DNA of 44,177 nucleotides from an uncultured Prevotella sp. GTDB lineage: Bacteria > Bacteroidota > Bacteroidia > Bacteroidales > Bacteroidaceae. The notes beneath the pieces were generated by a model that was not told the DNA's origin, ran no database searches, and was given only the letters and a program-made list of their open reading frames with translations. Every line of letters starts with the position of its first letter. The first letter of the stretch is position 1. Made by a program: the position numbers and the translations under genes. This document shows, piece after piece, positions 18,574 through 28,550 of the stretch. Location: contig OMVH01000193.1 in assembly GCA_900314365.1 (NCBI GenBank), forward strand, positions 1 through 44,177, in the 5' to 3' direction.

Positions 18574-18703
18574 CTCAAATGTCCACTGCAGGGCGCGGAC
18601 CTTGTGGCCGTCCGCATCCTGCAAATACAGAAGGTGTGATAGAATTTCTTGTTTTCCCATTTGTTTGCCCATAGGATGTACGGCAACAAGGGCCACACCC
18701 TGC
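18574..18703. repeat. REPIN-like inverted pair of REP-like elements
   Basis: GCAGGGCGCGGACCTTGTGGCCGTCCGCA (18588-18616) faces an inverted degenerate copy (18677-18703; reverse complement GCAGGGTGTGGCCCTTGTTGCCGTACA) across about 60 bp. Confidence 0.75.
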
Positions 18704-18922
18704 CGAGGCTTTGAGAATACAGAATGAAAGTCATTCCAGGACAAGTACTCACGGGGAGGGCACGCAGAGAACACTGGTTTACAGAGACTTTCCAAGGCTG
18801 ACTGACAGATTCAACCTCTCTTACTTTTGCTTTGTGCTTCAAAAATATTCTAAACTTCAGCCCTATGACTGCATTAATTTGTTCACACAGCCTGGATTTT
18901 GGAACGCATAAAGAACAAAAAG

Positions 18923-18976
18923 AAAGACCTCTCGCGATGTAGCGGATAGACAGAAGCCACACAGCGAAAGGTCTTT
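18923..18976 (-). terminator. Long hairpin terminator after GH2 / the hexuronate cluster
   Basis: AAAGACCTCTCGC...GCGAAAGGTCTTT with A-tract and T-tract flanks, about 40 nt after the GH2 stop. Confidence 0.65.
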
Positions 18977-19015
18977 ATTTTAGTCTATATTCCGAGATAG
19001 AATAGGGATCGGGAA

Positions 19016-22000
19016 CTATTTCAAAAGGGTTGAAGCCACATTAATACCGTCGAGTTCTACGCTGGGCTGACAGCCACGACTGTCTTCAGAACGCCAGCTG
19101 ATGGTCACAGGCACCGATTCACCGGGAAGAAGCGTGAGGAAGTTGTCTGAATAGAAAGCCGGAAGAATCTGCTCACCGTCAGTCCCTTTTAGATTGAGCC
19201 GCACCATGAGAGCGGGACAATCAGACTTATTGCTCACAACAAAAGTCAGCTTACTGCCTTCCTCAACCGATTCTAAGGCTTTTTCTGCGAATACTACCGT
19301 AGCCTTGGGCATGGTGCGCACAGCCTCATAGTGACCGTCGCGTCGCCCACGGATATAGGTGTTCTGCGAAACCACCTTTCCATCAGCATCGGTAAGGTCA
19401 AGCCGGATGAGATAGACATCCTCAACGTCGGAGGGCACCTCCGGCTTGAGCACTTTCAGCGTAGAGTCATCAGGGGAGTCGACAGAGACAGTCTTTTGCC
19501 AGAGTGTCTTTCCGGACAATCCCACGATGCGTGCCTTGATTTGAAGGCCCTTGTGGTCGCCTTGGCCGAGATTCACCACCTCGATACTGTCGGTAAGTGC
19601 ATTCCACTGCACGTGGAGTGGTTCACAAGCTTTCTTGATTCCGTAGTAGCCGGCCGGCGTATCGAAGAAATAGTCGTAGGAATCCCATACCATGCTTGGC
19701 CAGCATGAATGGCTCATCCAGGAGAGCAAGCCCATACGGTACTTGTGCTCTCCCTCATACATAGCCCGATAACCGTTGTAGCAAAGAAGCTGCCCGAAGC
19801 GTGAGAAATCATCGGCACTGCTGATATCGCCAAAGCCGTCGGTGATGAGCTGGTTGAAAGTCTCGGCACGCTGTGCTCCATAGAGTGTGAAGTCGTGCTT
19901 ACCCCACTCGGCGGTCTGCGGCCAAAGTGAGTCGGATGAGAAGGTGCGCTTCATGCTTTCGGGGCTCATCACGTTAGGAATTCCCCGCTCGGAATGCAGT
20001 TTTCCACTCTGCAACTTAAAATAGTCAGCATCGGGATGCAGGCAGTAAGGTCCTTCTCCGCTCACACCGTAATGGGCCGAATTGGGGATATAGACCGTTC
20101 CGGGAGCAAGTTTCTCCACACAAGCCTCAAGCTGAGGGTTGAGTGTTGCCGGGGGATTGCCTTCGTTGCGGCCACAGTAGAGGGCTATGGCAGCATGGCT
20201 GCGGATGCGTCTCACGTAGTCATTGGCATTGTCGAGGAACATGCTTTCATAGTAGGGATTAGGCCCGTCGCTGGGATTGGCAAGCCAGAAGTCCTGCCAA
20301 ATGAGAATACCGTTGGCATCGCAGGCATCGTAGAACGGTGCGTCGCCAATCATGCCTACCCAGTCGCGTATCATCGTGTAGTGCATATCGCGGTGGAAGG
20401 CTACGGCTGTCTCATACTCGCGTGCACGATAGTTGAGATTCTGCTCGCTGAATCCCCAGTTGCCTCCAAGGGGCACGATTCGTTTTCCATTACAATAGAT
20501 ACGTAGTTGCGTATCCTTGTCGGTGTAGCTAAATTCTCTGATACCGGCCTTGAAGCTGATTGAGTCAGAGAGGCTACCGTCAGCAGTAAAGGCGAAGCCC
20601 GCGGAATAGAGATAAGGGTCGCCATAGCCGTTGGGCCACCAGAGACGCATGCGCTGATTGTTGAATTGGGGGAAGTCGGCAGCGGCAAAGAAAATCTCAC
20701 GCTCCTCTCCCGCCCCAAGGCTGACTTTCTGCTCAGCCTTCAAGGTCCCTACATGGCAGCTGAGGGTTCCGGTGACAGCATGATTGGAATGGTTGCGAAC
20801 GAACACCGAGGGAGTGATAGTGGCAAGGCTTTCCGTAGCCTTCACCTTCGACCTGACGTAAGGATCGGCTAAGGTGATGTCGCCCGACGTGGTGAGATAA
20901 ACATCATTCCAGATTCCCATATTGCGTCCTCTCACCGTGGTTATCCAGTCCCAGCCTATGGAAGCATGCATCGTAGGGTTATCGGCACCAAGGATACCAC
21001 CGTTGAACTGGGTGGTGAAACGAGTCTTCTCCTTCACAGCTCCATAGTGGGCATTGTGCACCACGCGCACGGCCACCACATTGTCACCTTCCTGCAGATA
21101 AGGGGTGACATCCACATTTCCGCGCTTGAAGGCACCCTCTATATAGTCAACCTTATGTCCGTTGAGCCAAACCTCGGCCTTCCAGTTGACACCGTCGAAG
21201 TGGAGGAAAGTACGCTTACCCGGCTGTTGGTGCGAAAGCTTAAACACTGTACGATACCAGAAATCGGACCTGAAATAGGAATCGGATATCTGCTCCACAC
21301 TGCTTCCTAAGTTTGGATTAGGCACTGCGCCGAGATTTATGAGACTCGTGAGTACCGTACCGGGCACAGTGGCAGTAATCCAGTCCTTGGGTACATAAGT
21401 CTTTGAGGAAAGTTGCTGTCCGTCGGCCTTCACCTCTGAGGCCCGTTGCAGCATCCACTGACCGCCGGCGAGCGAGAATCGTTTGCCCTGCCGACCCTCC
21501 ATGAGCTTAGGCTCTGCTACAAGACCACCACGGCCCATGACACGAAGCTCGCCCATCTCAATGCCACCAGCTGAGGCCTGCGTCATAGATATTCTGAGGT
21601 AGCGGGCACGCCCTTGACATTTCACGGTCTGCCTTCCGGCTTTCGGTTGTGGTAAGGTGGAGAGACGAGTCCACTTAGCAGCATCTTCCGATGTTTCCAA
21701 AACAGCAGAAAGTGGAGCTTTTAGCCACGTGATGTCGACTTTGTCGAAATCAGACTCACTGCCGAGGTCGACATAGAGCCACTGCTTCTCCCCTACTCCA
21801 CTCTTCCAGGCGCTGCTGAAGTGCTGTGAAGGCAAAGCATCCTGCTTCTGCCCTTTCAGCCAGGGTTCCAGGGCCATTACATGCCAGTGGTCGGAGCCTT
21901 TGAGTCGCATTTGAAGCCGTAGATAAGCTGATGTCACCGTGCGCCCCAACCTGAATGTCATGCCCGACTTACGAATAACAAAGCGCTTATCACCGCTCTT

Positions 22001-22603
22001 CTCATAAGGACAGAACTGGGTCTCCCAACTGCCAGTGCTGTCAATGGACGCACCACTGCATGAGGCAAGGGATGTCCAGTGACGGCCATCGGCTGACGAA
22101 AGTAACTGCGCCTCATAACGTCCATCAGAGAGTTGCCGGTCGAAATCCACAGCAGCATAAACCCTTACCTCGTCAAAGCTGAGCTTCATTTGGTGCCATG
22201 CAAAGGTCAGAGTGGCAGCTCCATCGGTCGAAGCTACTGGCACCCAAGTAGGATTATCGTCAAAGGCCATCTCACGGTACTCGCGACTCAAAGGGCCTTG
22301 TTGAGTATAAGCTTCCAGCCAGCAGGGAGCAAGAGTGGACTCGATACCGTCGGTAACCAATTGCGCTGTGAGATTGAAGTCATAGGACGATGAAGCCACT
22401 GCCATCCTACGCAGAGCAATGTTTCGGTAACTGGAAGAAGGCTTAAGCTTTGGGGCAAAGTTCTCAGAAGGTCGCCCAGGATACGTTCCGATACCGAGAG
22501 TGTAAGATTCAGTCTGCGCCATAGCAACACTTGGAGCTAGCATCAATAAAAGAGAAACCGCCCTCAGCAGAGGACGGATAAAATATTTCTTGAGCATATT
22601 CAT
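19016..22603 (-). CDS. Glycoside hydrolase family 2 (beta-mannosidase/exo-beta-glucosaminidase-like) with N-terminal F5/8 (discoidin) domains
   Basis: Motifs ATVPGTVL, LHFDGVNWKAEVWLNG, GWDW, GIWNDV, WWPNGYGDPYLY, CDANGILIWQDF and CGRNEG. The N-terminal QWLYVDLG...ARYLRI is discoidin-like. Confidence 0.92.
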   Translation of the reverse strand: MNMLKKYFIRPLLRAVSLLLMLAPSVAMAQTESYTLGIGTYPGRPSENFAPKLKPSSSYRNIALRRMAVASSSYDFNLTAQLVTDGIESTLAPCWLEAYTQQGPLSREYREMAFDDNPTWVPVASTDGAATLTFAWHQMKLSFDEVRVYAAVDFDRQLSDGRYEAQLLSSADGRHWTSLASCSGASIDSTGSWETQFCPYEKSGDKRFVIRKSGMTFRLGRTVTSAYLRLQMRLKGSDHWHVMALEPWLKGQKQDALPSQHFSSAWKSGVGEKQWLYVDLGSESDFDKVDITWLKAPLSAVLETSEDAAKWTRLSTLPQPKAGRQTVKCQGRARYLRISMTQASAGGIEMGELRVMGRGGLVAEPKLMEGRQGKRFSLAGGQWMLQRASEVKADGQQLSSKTYVPKDWITATVPGTVLTSLINLGAVPNPNLGSSVEQISDSYFRSDFWYRTVFKLSHQQPGKRTFLHFDGVNWKAEVWLNGHKVDYIEGAFKRGNVDVTPYLQEGDNVVAVRVVHNAHYGAVKEKTRFTTQFNGGILGADNPTMHASIGWDWITTVRGRNMGIWNDVYLTTSGDITLADPYVRSKVKATESLATITPSVFVRNHSNHAVTGTLSCHVGTLKAEQKVSLGAGEEREIFFAAADFPQFNNQRMRLWWPNGYGDPYLYSAGFAFTADGSLSDSISFKAGIREFSYTDKDTQLRIYCNGKRIVPLGGNWGFSEQNLNYRAREYETAVAFHRDMHYTMIRDWVGMIGDAPFYDACDANGILIWQDFWLANPSDGPNPYYESMFLDNANDYVRRIRSHAAIALYCGRNEGNPPATLNPQLEACVEKLAPGTVYIPNSAHYGVSGEGPYCLHPDADYFKLQSGKLHSERGIPNVMSPESMKRTFSSDSLWPQTAEWGKHDFTLYGAQRAETFNQLITDGFGDISSADDFSRFGQLLCYNGYRAMYEGEHKYRMGLLSWMSHSCWPSMVWDSYDYFFDTPAGYYGIKKACEPLHVQWNALTDSIEVVNLGQGDHKGLQIKARIVGLSGKTLWQKTVSVDSPDDSTLKVLKPEVPSDVEDVYLIRLDLTDADGKVVSQNTYIRGRRDGHYEAVRTMPKATVVFAEKALESVEEGSKLTFVVSNKSDCPALMVRLNLKGTDGEQILPAFYSDNFLTLLPGESVPVTISWRSEDSRGCQPSVELDGINVASTLLK

Positions 22604-22654
22604 ATAGAAAACTCGTAACGCTTCTTTTTTATTAGAATTGGAAGAATGAAAAAA

Positions 22655-24061
22655 TCAGAAATTGAAGTAATGTTTGGCATTGTAATAACATATATCTTCC
22701 ACCATTCCACCCACACGATCCATCTCCGTTGAGGGTATTTCTCCGTTCTCCACATCCCGTCCTATGAGGTTGCAAAGTATGCGGCGGAAATATTCGTGAC
22801 GGGGATAAGAGAGGAAAGAGCGCGAGTCGGTCAACATTCCTACGAAGCGGCTAAGCAATCCTTGCATAGAGAGTGTGTTGAGCTGATTCTCTATGCCCAA
22901 CTTCTGATCAGCAAACCACCAAGCGGCTCCCCACTGCATTTTACCAGGACAAGAACCGTCCTGAAAATTGCCTATCATGGACGCCACCATATTGTTATCA
23001 GCCGGATTAAGATTGTAGATGATGGTCTTGGCCAACTTCTGACGCTTGTCAAGTCGGTCGAAGAAACGGGCCATGGATTGTGCCGTACGGTCGTCGCCGA
23101 TAGAGTCGCAGCCGATATCGCGGCCAAGCTGACGGTAAAGCCTTGTACAATTGTTCCGCATAGGACCGTAATGGAATTGCTGGACCCATCCCGAATCAGC
23201 ATCCATGACGGCGAGTTCATGAAGAAGAGCCGACTTAAACTGGTCGGCCTCATGGGGCTCTGGCTGTTCACCGGACATAAACCTGTCGAAGATGTCGCTC
23301 ACCTTCACGCCTGTATAGTTGTCTGCATAGAAATGGGGCAAGCCATGATCTGACAATCGGCATCCTTGCTGCTCAAAGAAATCATGCCGGTTCTGCACCG
23401 CGTCAATGAGGTCCTGGTAGGTGCGAATCCATACTCCGCTCGCCTTTTCAAGCTGGTGCAGATAATCTCTATAAGCATCACCCTCGTCGATAGCCATGAG
23501 TTTGTCTGGACGCCATGCTGGAAGCACTTTAATGCTGAAGCCCTCACGACGCAGCTGCTGATGATACTCAAGACTATCTACAGGGTCATCGGTGGTACAG
23601 ACCACTTCCACATGATAGCGTTTCATGAGGCTGCGCGCACTGAACTCCGGACTCTTCAACTTCTCGTTACACTCGTCGTAAATATCCTGCGCCGTCTCTG
23701 GCTTGAGCACCTTCTCTATGCCGAAAGCCGTGCGCAGTTCGAGGTGTGTCCAATGATAGAGAGGATTACGCATCAAGTAGGGCAACGTAGCAGCCCACTT
23801 CTCAAACTTTTCCCAATCGGTGGCATCACCCGTGATGAAATGTTCGTCAATGCCATTTGCTCTCATAGCACGCCACTTATAGTGGTCACCGCCCAGCCAC
23901 AACTCCGTGATAGAGCGGTAACGGTGGTCCTCGGCTATCTCCTCAGGATTGAGATGACAGTGAAAGTCGATAATGGGCATGTGCTCAGCATGCTCGTGAT
24001 AAAGCCTCCTCGCAGTCTCAGTCTCAAGGAGGAAGTCATCGTCCATAAAATTGCGTATCAT
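22655..24061 (-). CDS. uxaC: Glucuronate isomerase
   Basis: Motifs PIIDFHCHL, GDHYKWRAMR, NPLYHWTHLEL and GMLTDSRSFLSYPRHEYFRR. Confidence 0.98.
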   Translation of the reverse strand: MIRNFMDDDFLLETETARRLYHEHAEHMPIIDFHCHLNPEEIAEDHRYRSITELWLGGDHYKWRAMRANGIDEHFITGDATDWEKFEKWAATLPYLMRNPLYHWTHLELRTAFGIEKVLKPETAQDIYDECNEKLKSPEFSARSLMKRYHVEVVCTTDDPVDSLEYHQQLRREGFSIKVLPAWRPDKLMAIDEGDAYRDYLHQLEKASGVWIRTYQDLIDAVQNRHDFFEQQGCRLSDHGLPHFYADNYTGVKVSDIFDRFMSGEQPEPHEADQFKSALLHELAVMDADSGWVQQFHYGPMRNNCTRLYRQLGRDIGCDSIGDDRTAQSMARFFDRLDKRQKLAKTIIYNLNPADNNMVASMIGNFQDGSCPGKMQWGAAWWFADQKLGIENQLNTLSMQGLLSRFVGMLTDSRSFLSYPRHEYFRRILCNLIGRDVENGEIPSTEMDRVGGMVEDICYYNAKHYFNF

Positions 24062-24073
24062 AGCGTTATCGGT

Positions 24074-24748
24074 TTATTTGTGACCTCTTGCTTCGGCGAT
24101 ATATTTCAGAGCATCGTGCGTCATCGTCCGGATTGTAGTCCAGTCGGAAGCAGCTATGCACTCAGCAGGAAACATTTTCGAACCCATACCAACACAGAAA
24201 ACACCCGCCTTAAACCATTTCGTCAGATTATCAGCATCGGGAGAGACTCCTCCTGTGACCATAATCTTCGTCCAAGGCATCGGTGCAAGAAGGCTCTTGA
24301 CGAGGCCGGGACCGACAATGCTTCCCGGGAATATCTTGATAAGGTCACAGCCTACTTCCTGCGCGAATCCCACTTCGCTCACCGACATACAACCGGGCAC
24401 ATAAGGGATGCAGCGGCGATTGCACACTCGAGCTATTTCAGGACTGAACAGCGGTCCAACGATGAATTCGGCTCCCAACTGGATGTAGAGCGAGGCTGTA
24501 GGAGCATCCACAACGGAGCCTGCACCCAAAGCAAGTTCCGGACACTCGGTACGTGCCCACTTCACAAGTTTGCCGAAAACCTCGTGAGCAAAGTCACCAC
24601 GATTGGCAAACTCAAACGCACGTACGCCACCCTCATAGCAAGCACGAATTACTTCCTTGGCAATATCAAAATCACCGTGATAGAACACGGGCACCATTCC
24701 GGTCTGCCCAATCTTTTGCAATACGGTTATCTTATCAAACTGTGCCAT
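24074..24748 (-). CDS. eda: KHG/KDPG aldolase
   Basis: Motifs GGVRAFEF.NRG, GAGSV, PGC...SE, KIFPG and MVTGGV. Start trimmed to MAQFDK. Confidence 0.92.
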   Translation of the reverse strand: MAQFDKITVLQKIGQTGMVPVFYHGDFDIAKEVIRACYEGGVRAFEFANRGDFAHEVFGKLVKWARTECPELALGAGSVVDAPTASLYIQLGAEFIVGPLFSPEIARVCNRRCIPYVPGCMSVSEVGFAQEVGCDLIKIFPGSIVGPGLVKSLLAPMPWTKIMVTGGVSPDADNLTKWFKAGVFCVGMGSKMFPAECIAASDWTTIRTMTHDALKYIAEARGHK

Positions 24749-24782
24749 ATTTAGTTTTATTTTGCTTAGTCTCTTTTTTCTT

Positions 24783-25967
24783 CTATAGTTGATGTTCACG
24801 CTTCATCATTCCGGCAATACCCATTTCGAGTCCACGCAACTCTGCGAGTCCCCGAAGACGTCCGATACATGAATAACCAGGATTGGAATGCTTGTTCAGG
24901 TCGTCTATCATCTGATGACCATGGTCCGGACGCAGCACGATGGATTCGCCTAAACGCTGTTCTTCCTCAAGAAGAGCTTTCATCATGGCAAACATGTCAA
25001 CATCGCCCTCAAGATGATTGGCCTCATAGAAATTCCCGTCAGCGTCACGCTTGGTACTTCTCAGATGCACGAAATGAATGCGATCGGCAAAGCGATGCAT
25101 CATGCCGGGGCAGTCGTTGTCGGGACTGACGCCAAGTGAGCCCGTGCAGAGACAAAGCCCATTAGCAGGACTCGGGACAGCCTCAACCAACTTCTCGAAG
25201 TCGGCTTCCGAACTCATAATACGTGGCAGTCCAAGGATGGGCATTGGTGGGTCGTCAGGATGAATAACAAGCTTCACACCGGCCTCCTCCGCAACTGGGC
25301 ATACTTCGCGAAGAAAATCAATAAGATTACCTCGTAAATCCTCGCAAGACATGCCTTTGTATCGGTCGAGCTCAGCCCTGAACTGGTCGAGTGTAAAGCT
25401 TTCCTCCGCACCAGGTAACCCCGCTATCATATTGTGAGTGAGCAGACTGATATCGGACTCTGTCATTGAATGAAAGCGAACGGAAGCCTTTTGCTTGTCT
25501 GCTTCCGAATATTCAGCCTCAGCACCTGGCCGACGAAGTATAAATAGGTCGAAGGCCACATAGGCGGCCCTTTCAAAGCGCAGTGCACGACTACCGTCTG
25601 GCATCGGAAAAGCAAGGTCAGTGCGCGTCCAGTCGAGAACAGGCATAAAGTTGTAGGTCACAACCGTGATGCCACATTGCCCAAGATTGCGAAGCGTCTG
25701 TTTGTAGTTTTCGACGTACTCTCGCCAATGTCCGGTCTGCGTCTTGATATGCTCATGCACAGGCACACTCTCCACCGCCGACCATACCATACCGGCAGCC
25801 TCAATCTCGCGCTTGCGCCTCATAATCTCTTCGATGCTCCATACCTCTCCATTAGGAATATGATGAAGGGCTGTGACAACACCGTGAGCACCGGCCTGCC
25901 GTATGTCCTGTAGCGAAACAGGATCAGCAGGGCCATACCATCGGAAGGATTGATTACAAAGTATCAT
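24783..25967 (-). CDS. uxuA: Mannonate dehydratase
   Basis: Motifs [32 protein letters not shown] and RPDHGH. Confidence 0.98.
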   Translation of the reverse strand: MILCNQSFRWYGPADPVSLQDIRQAGAHGVVTALHHIPNGEVWSIEEIMRRKREIEAAGMVWSAVESVPVHEHIKTQTGHWREYVENYKQTLRNLGQCGITVVTYNFMPVLDWTRTDLAFPMPDGSRALRFERAAYVAFDLFILRRPGAEAEYSEADKQKASVRFHSMTESDISLLTHNMIAGLPGAEESFTLDQFRAELDRYKGMSCEDLRGNLIDFLREVCPVAEEAGVKLVIHPDDPPMPILGLPRIMSSEADFEKLVEAVPSPANGLCLCTGSLGVSPDNDCPGMMHRFADRIHFVHLRSTKRDADGNFYEANHLEGDVDMFAMMKALLEEEQRLGESIVLRPDHGHQMIDDLNKHSNPGYSCIGRLRGLAELRGLEMGIAGMMKREHQL

Positions 25968-25979
25968 CTTCTTAAGTAG

Positions 25980-26792
25980 TTAAATAGAGAACACGTTGAA
26001 ACCTCCGTCGACCACAGCCACGGTTCCGGTTACGAACTGGGAGGCTGGACTAATGAGATAGTGAATAGTCCCACACAGTTCACTGGGTTCTCCCATACGG
26101 CCCATGGGCGTCTGATGGATGATGTCTCGGCCACGCTGTGTCCAGCTCCCGTCGGGATTCGTAAGCAGAGAGCGGTTCTGGTCAGTGAGGAAGAAGCCTG
26201 GAGCTATTGCATTGACACGTATGTGAGGACTGAACTTTGACGCTACTTCTTTTGCCATATAAGCAGTGAAGTTGCTCACACCTGCCTTGGCCACTCCATA
26301 GCCTGCCACACGAGTAAGCGGCCGGAAAGCCGACATCGACGAGAAGTTGACAATAGCCCCCGACTTCTGCACTGCCATGGGACGCAGGAACACCTGCGTG
26401 GGAAGAACGGTACCCATGAGGTTGAGCTCCATCACACGACGGAAATCATCAGTGTTAAGGTCAAAGAAAGTCTTGTCAGGAGGAATGGTTGCACCCGGCA
26501 TGTTGCCACCTGCAGCATTGAGAAGAGCATCCACACGACCGTAGCGGGAAAGCACGGCATCAAGATTACGCTCAAGCAATGCTTTGTCCATGACATCGGT
26601 TCTCATGAAGACTGCCTCACCGCCATTCCTCTCTATATCGTCCACAACCTTTAGACCGGTCTCCTCATTTCGTGCGAGAATGACCACTTTGGCGCCCTCT
26701 GCTGCCAGATATTTTGAAATACAACGGCCAAGGACACCAGTTCCCCCGGTGATGGCCACCACTTGACCAGAAATGTCGAATAGTCTGTTCAT
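25980..26792 (-). CDS. uxuB: SDR-family D-mannonate oxidoreductase
   Basis: Motifs TGGTGVLG, NAAGGN, SSMSAFRPLTRVAGY...K and NAIAPGFF; adjacent to uxuA. Confidence 0.85.
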   Translation of the reverse strand: MNRLFDISGQVVAITGGTGVLGRCISKYLAAEGAKVVILARNEETGLKVVDDIERNGGEAVFMRTDVMDKALLERNLDAVLSRYGRVDALLNAAGGNMPGATIPPDKTFFDLNTDDFRRVMELNLMGTVLPTQVFLRPMAVQKSGAIVNFSSMSAFRPLTRVAGYGVAKAGVSNFTAYMAKEVASKFSPHIRVNAIAPGFFLTDQNRSLLTNPDGSWTQRGRDIIHQTPMGRMGEPSELCGTIHYLISPASQFVTGTVAVVDGGFNVFSI

Positions 26793-26833
26793 CTTTTAAT
26801 GTATTGGTATCTTTAGGTTTTTGTTATAAATAT

Positions 26834-26870
26834 CATTGTCAGAACCCTCAAAGGGGGCTTCTGACAGATG
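26834..26870. terminator. Hairpin between kdgK and uxuB
   Basis: TGTCAGAACCCTC-AAA-GGGGGCTTCTGACA. The U-tract is weak, so it may stabilise or attenuate rather than terminate. Confidence 0.5.
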
Positions 26871-26883
26871 AAAAAATGAATAG

Positions 26884-27906
26884 TTATCGTTGCACGCGTC
26901 CCGAAGCATCGCCCTTAGCGAGAGCTTCCACCTCAGCGGCACTCACCATATTGACATCACCATTGATGGTGTGTTTCAGTGCCGACGCAGCCACTGCAAA
27001 CTCCAGTGCCTCTCCCTGCGTTTTCATCGTGAGCAACCCATGAATGAGTCCTCCGGCAAAGGAATCGCCTCCTCCCACTCTGTCAACAATGGGAGAAATG
27101 TCATAATGGCGTGACTCATAGAATTCATTTCCATCATAAATCATAGCCTTCCATCCATTATGCGAAGCGGAATACGACTCACGCAGCGTGGAGGCCACAT
27201 AACGGAAACCGAACTGTAAAGCCATCTCGCGGAAAATCTGCTTGTATCCGGCAGCATCCGTGCGTCCGGCAGTGACATCAGCATCGGGCTTGAAACCGAG
27301 GCAACGGTCAGCATCCTCCTCGTTGCCTATGCAGACGTCGACATATTCCATAAGCGGACGCATCACGCTGCGCGCTTTCTCTGGTGTCCACAGCTTTTTA
27401 CGGAAGTTCAGATCGCACGACACTGTCACCCCAGCTCGCTTTGCAGCCTTACAAGCCTCCAGCGTAATGGCAGCTGCACGGTCAGAAATAGCCGGTGTGA
27501 TACCGGTGAAATGGAACCAGCGGGCACCCTGGAAGATGGTATCGAAATCAAAATCATCCACACTGGCCTCGGCGATGGCCGAATGGGCACGGTCGTAGAT
27601 TACCTTGCTGGGACGCATGGCCGAGCCACGCTCCATGAAATAGATGCCTATGCGGTCTCCGCCACGGACGACGTAATCGGTGTGCACACCGAAACGGCGC
27701 AGAGAGTTGATAGCCGACTGGGCAATGTCGTTTTCCGGCAGTTTCGTAACAAAATACACTTCATGTCCATAATTGGCCAGGCTCACGGCCACATTGGCTT
27801 CGCCGCCACCATAGACGGCATCAAACTGTTCAGCCTGCACGAAGCGGCTAAAACCCTCGGGTGAGAGGCGGAGCATTATTTCGCCCAATGTGATAATCTT
27901 CTCCAT
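26884..27906 (-). CDS. kdgK: 2-dehydro-3-deoxygluconokinase (PfkB family)
   Basis: Motifs GEIMLRLSP, GGGEANVA, DLNFRKKLW and DRVGGGDSFAGG. Start trimmed to MEKIIT. Confidence 0.92.
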   Translation of the reverse strand: MEKIITLGEIMLRLSPEGFSRFVQAEQFDAVYGGGEANVAVSLANYGHEVYFVTKLPENDIAQSAINSLRRFGVHTDYVVRGGDRIGIYFMERGSAMRPSKVIYDRAHSAIAEASVDDFDFDTIFQGARWFHFTGITPAISDRAAAITLEACKAAKRAGVTVSCDLNFRKKLWTPEKARSVMRPLMEYVDVCIGNEEDADRCLGFKPDADVTAGRTDAAGYKQIFREMALQFGFRYVASTLRESYSASHNGWKAMIYDGNEFYESRHYDISPIVDRVGGGDSFAGGLIHGLLTMKTQGEALEFAVAASALKHTINGDVNMVSAAEVEALAKGDASGRVQR

Positions 27907-27914
27907 AAACACAA

Positions 27915-28247
27915 TCAATGATGTTCTGCCACTACGGCAAAGTAGTCAACGTTAGCATCGGTGAGGTTCTCGAACCAATGCTGATGTCCTTTCGGACAAT
28001 AGTGCACCTGTCCGGCTGAACATTCCTCAGTCTTACCATCATAATGGAATGTCATCTTACCACTGAGGACATATATCACCTCACAGTTCTCGCCGTGGAG
28101 ATGGTTGCCACTGGAAGCACCGGGAGTGAGCGTAGAGCGCATGATGCGCACTTTGGAGTCAACGAAGTTGCGGGTACGGAGTATCCCTTTGCCTCCCTTG
28201 AAACCCTCCACTTCTTCCTCTTGAATCTGATTGAAATCAATGACCAT
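27915..28247 (-). CDS. Cupin-domain protein
   Basis: Cupin motifs PGASSGNHLH...EVIYVLSG...CPKGHQH. Start trimmed to MVIDFN. Confidence 0.9.
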   Translation of the reverse strand: MVIDFNQIQEEEVEGFKGGKGILRTRNFVDSKVRIMRSTLTPGASSGNHLHGENCEVIYVLSGKMTFHYDGKTEECSAGQVHYCPKGHQHWFENLTDANVDYFAVVAEHH

Positions 28248-28271
28248 AGACAGAATTAGTTTAAGTATCAG

Positions 28272-28279
28272 CAAAGATA
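28272..28279 (-). promoter_or_regulatory. -7 promoter element for cupin-kdgK
   Basis: The minus strand reads TATCTTTG(C) 24 nt upstream of the cupin ATG. Confidence 0.65.
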
Positions 28280-28550
28280 ATGCAAACGAACGGAATGACA
28301 AAGAAAATACAAAAATAATTCTGCCAGCACGAAGGAAAACTGTTCTCCTCGGGTTGTGACTTACTCCTTTGTTGACAGCACGTACATGGAAATGCAAAGT
28401 TCGCAGAAGTGAGTCACCGCGAGCATTCACATGGTCAAACGACTGTCTATAAAGTAGCTGACAACCTTTTGGCCATTACCCAAGTTTCGGAAATAAATAA
28501 AACGCACGCCTCGGGTGTTATCGGTTGTTTGAAATAAGACATTAAAATAG

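Noticed and set aside
18105-18962. Short ORFs 18105..18329, 18432..18674, 18439..18795, 18552..18962, and likewise 37067..37342 and 28710..29006
   Set aside because: They run through repeat elements, mostly start at non-ATG codons, and are not conserved between element copies.
23366-24754. 462-aa plus-strand ORF and other long antisense ORFs (1659..2465, 30247..31119, 34446..35315, 37873..39042, 41094..41783)
   Set aside because: They shadow well-supported genes on the opposite strand, have no recognisable motifs, and are expected from codon bias.
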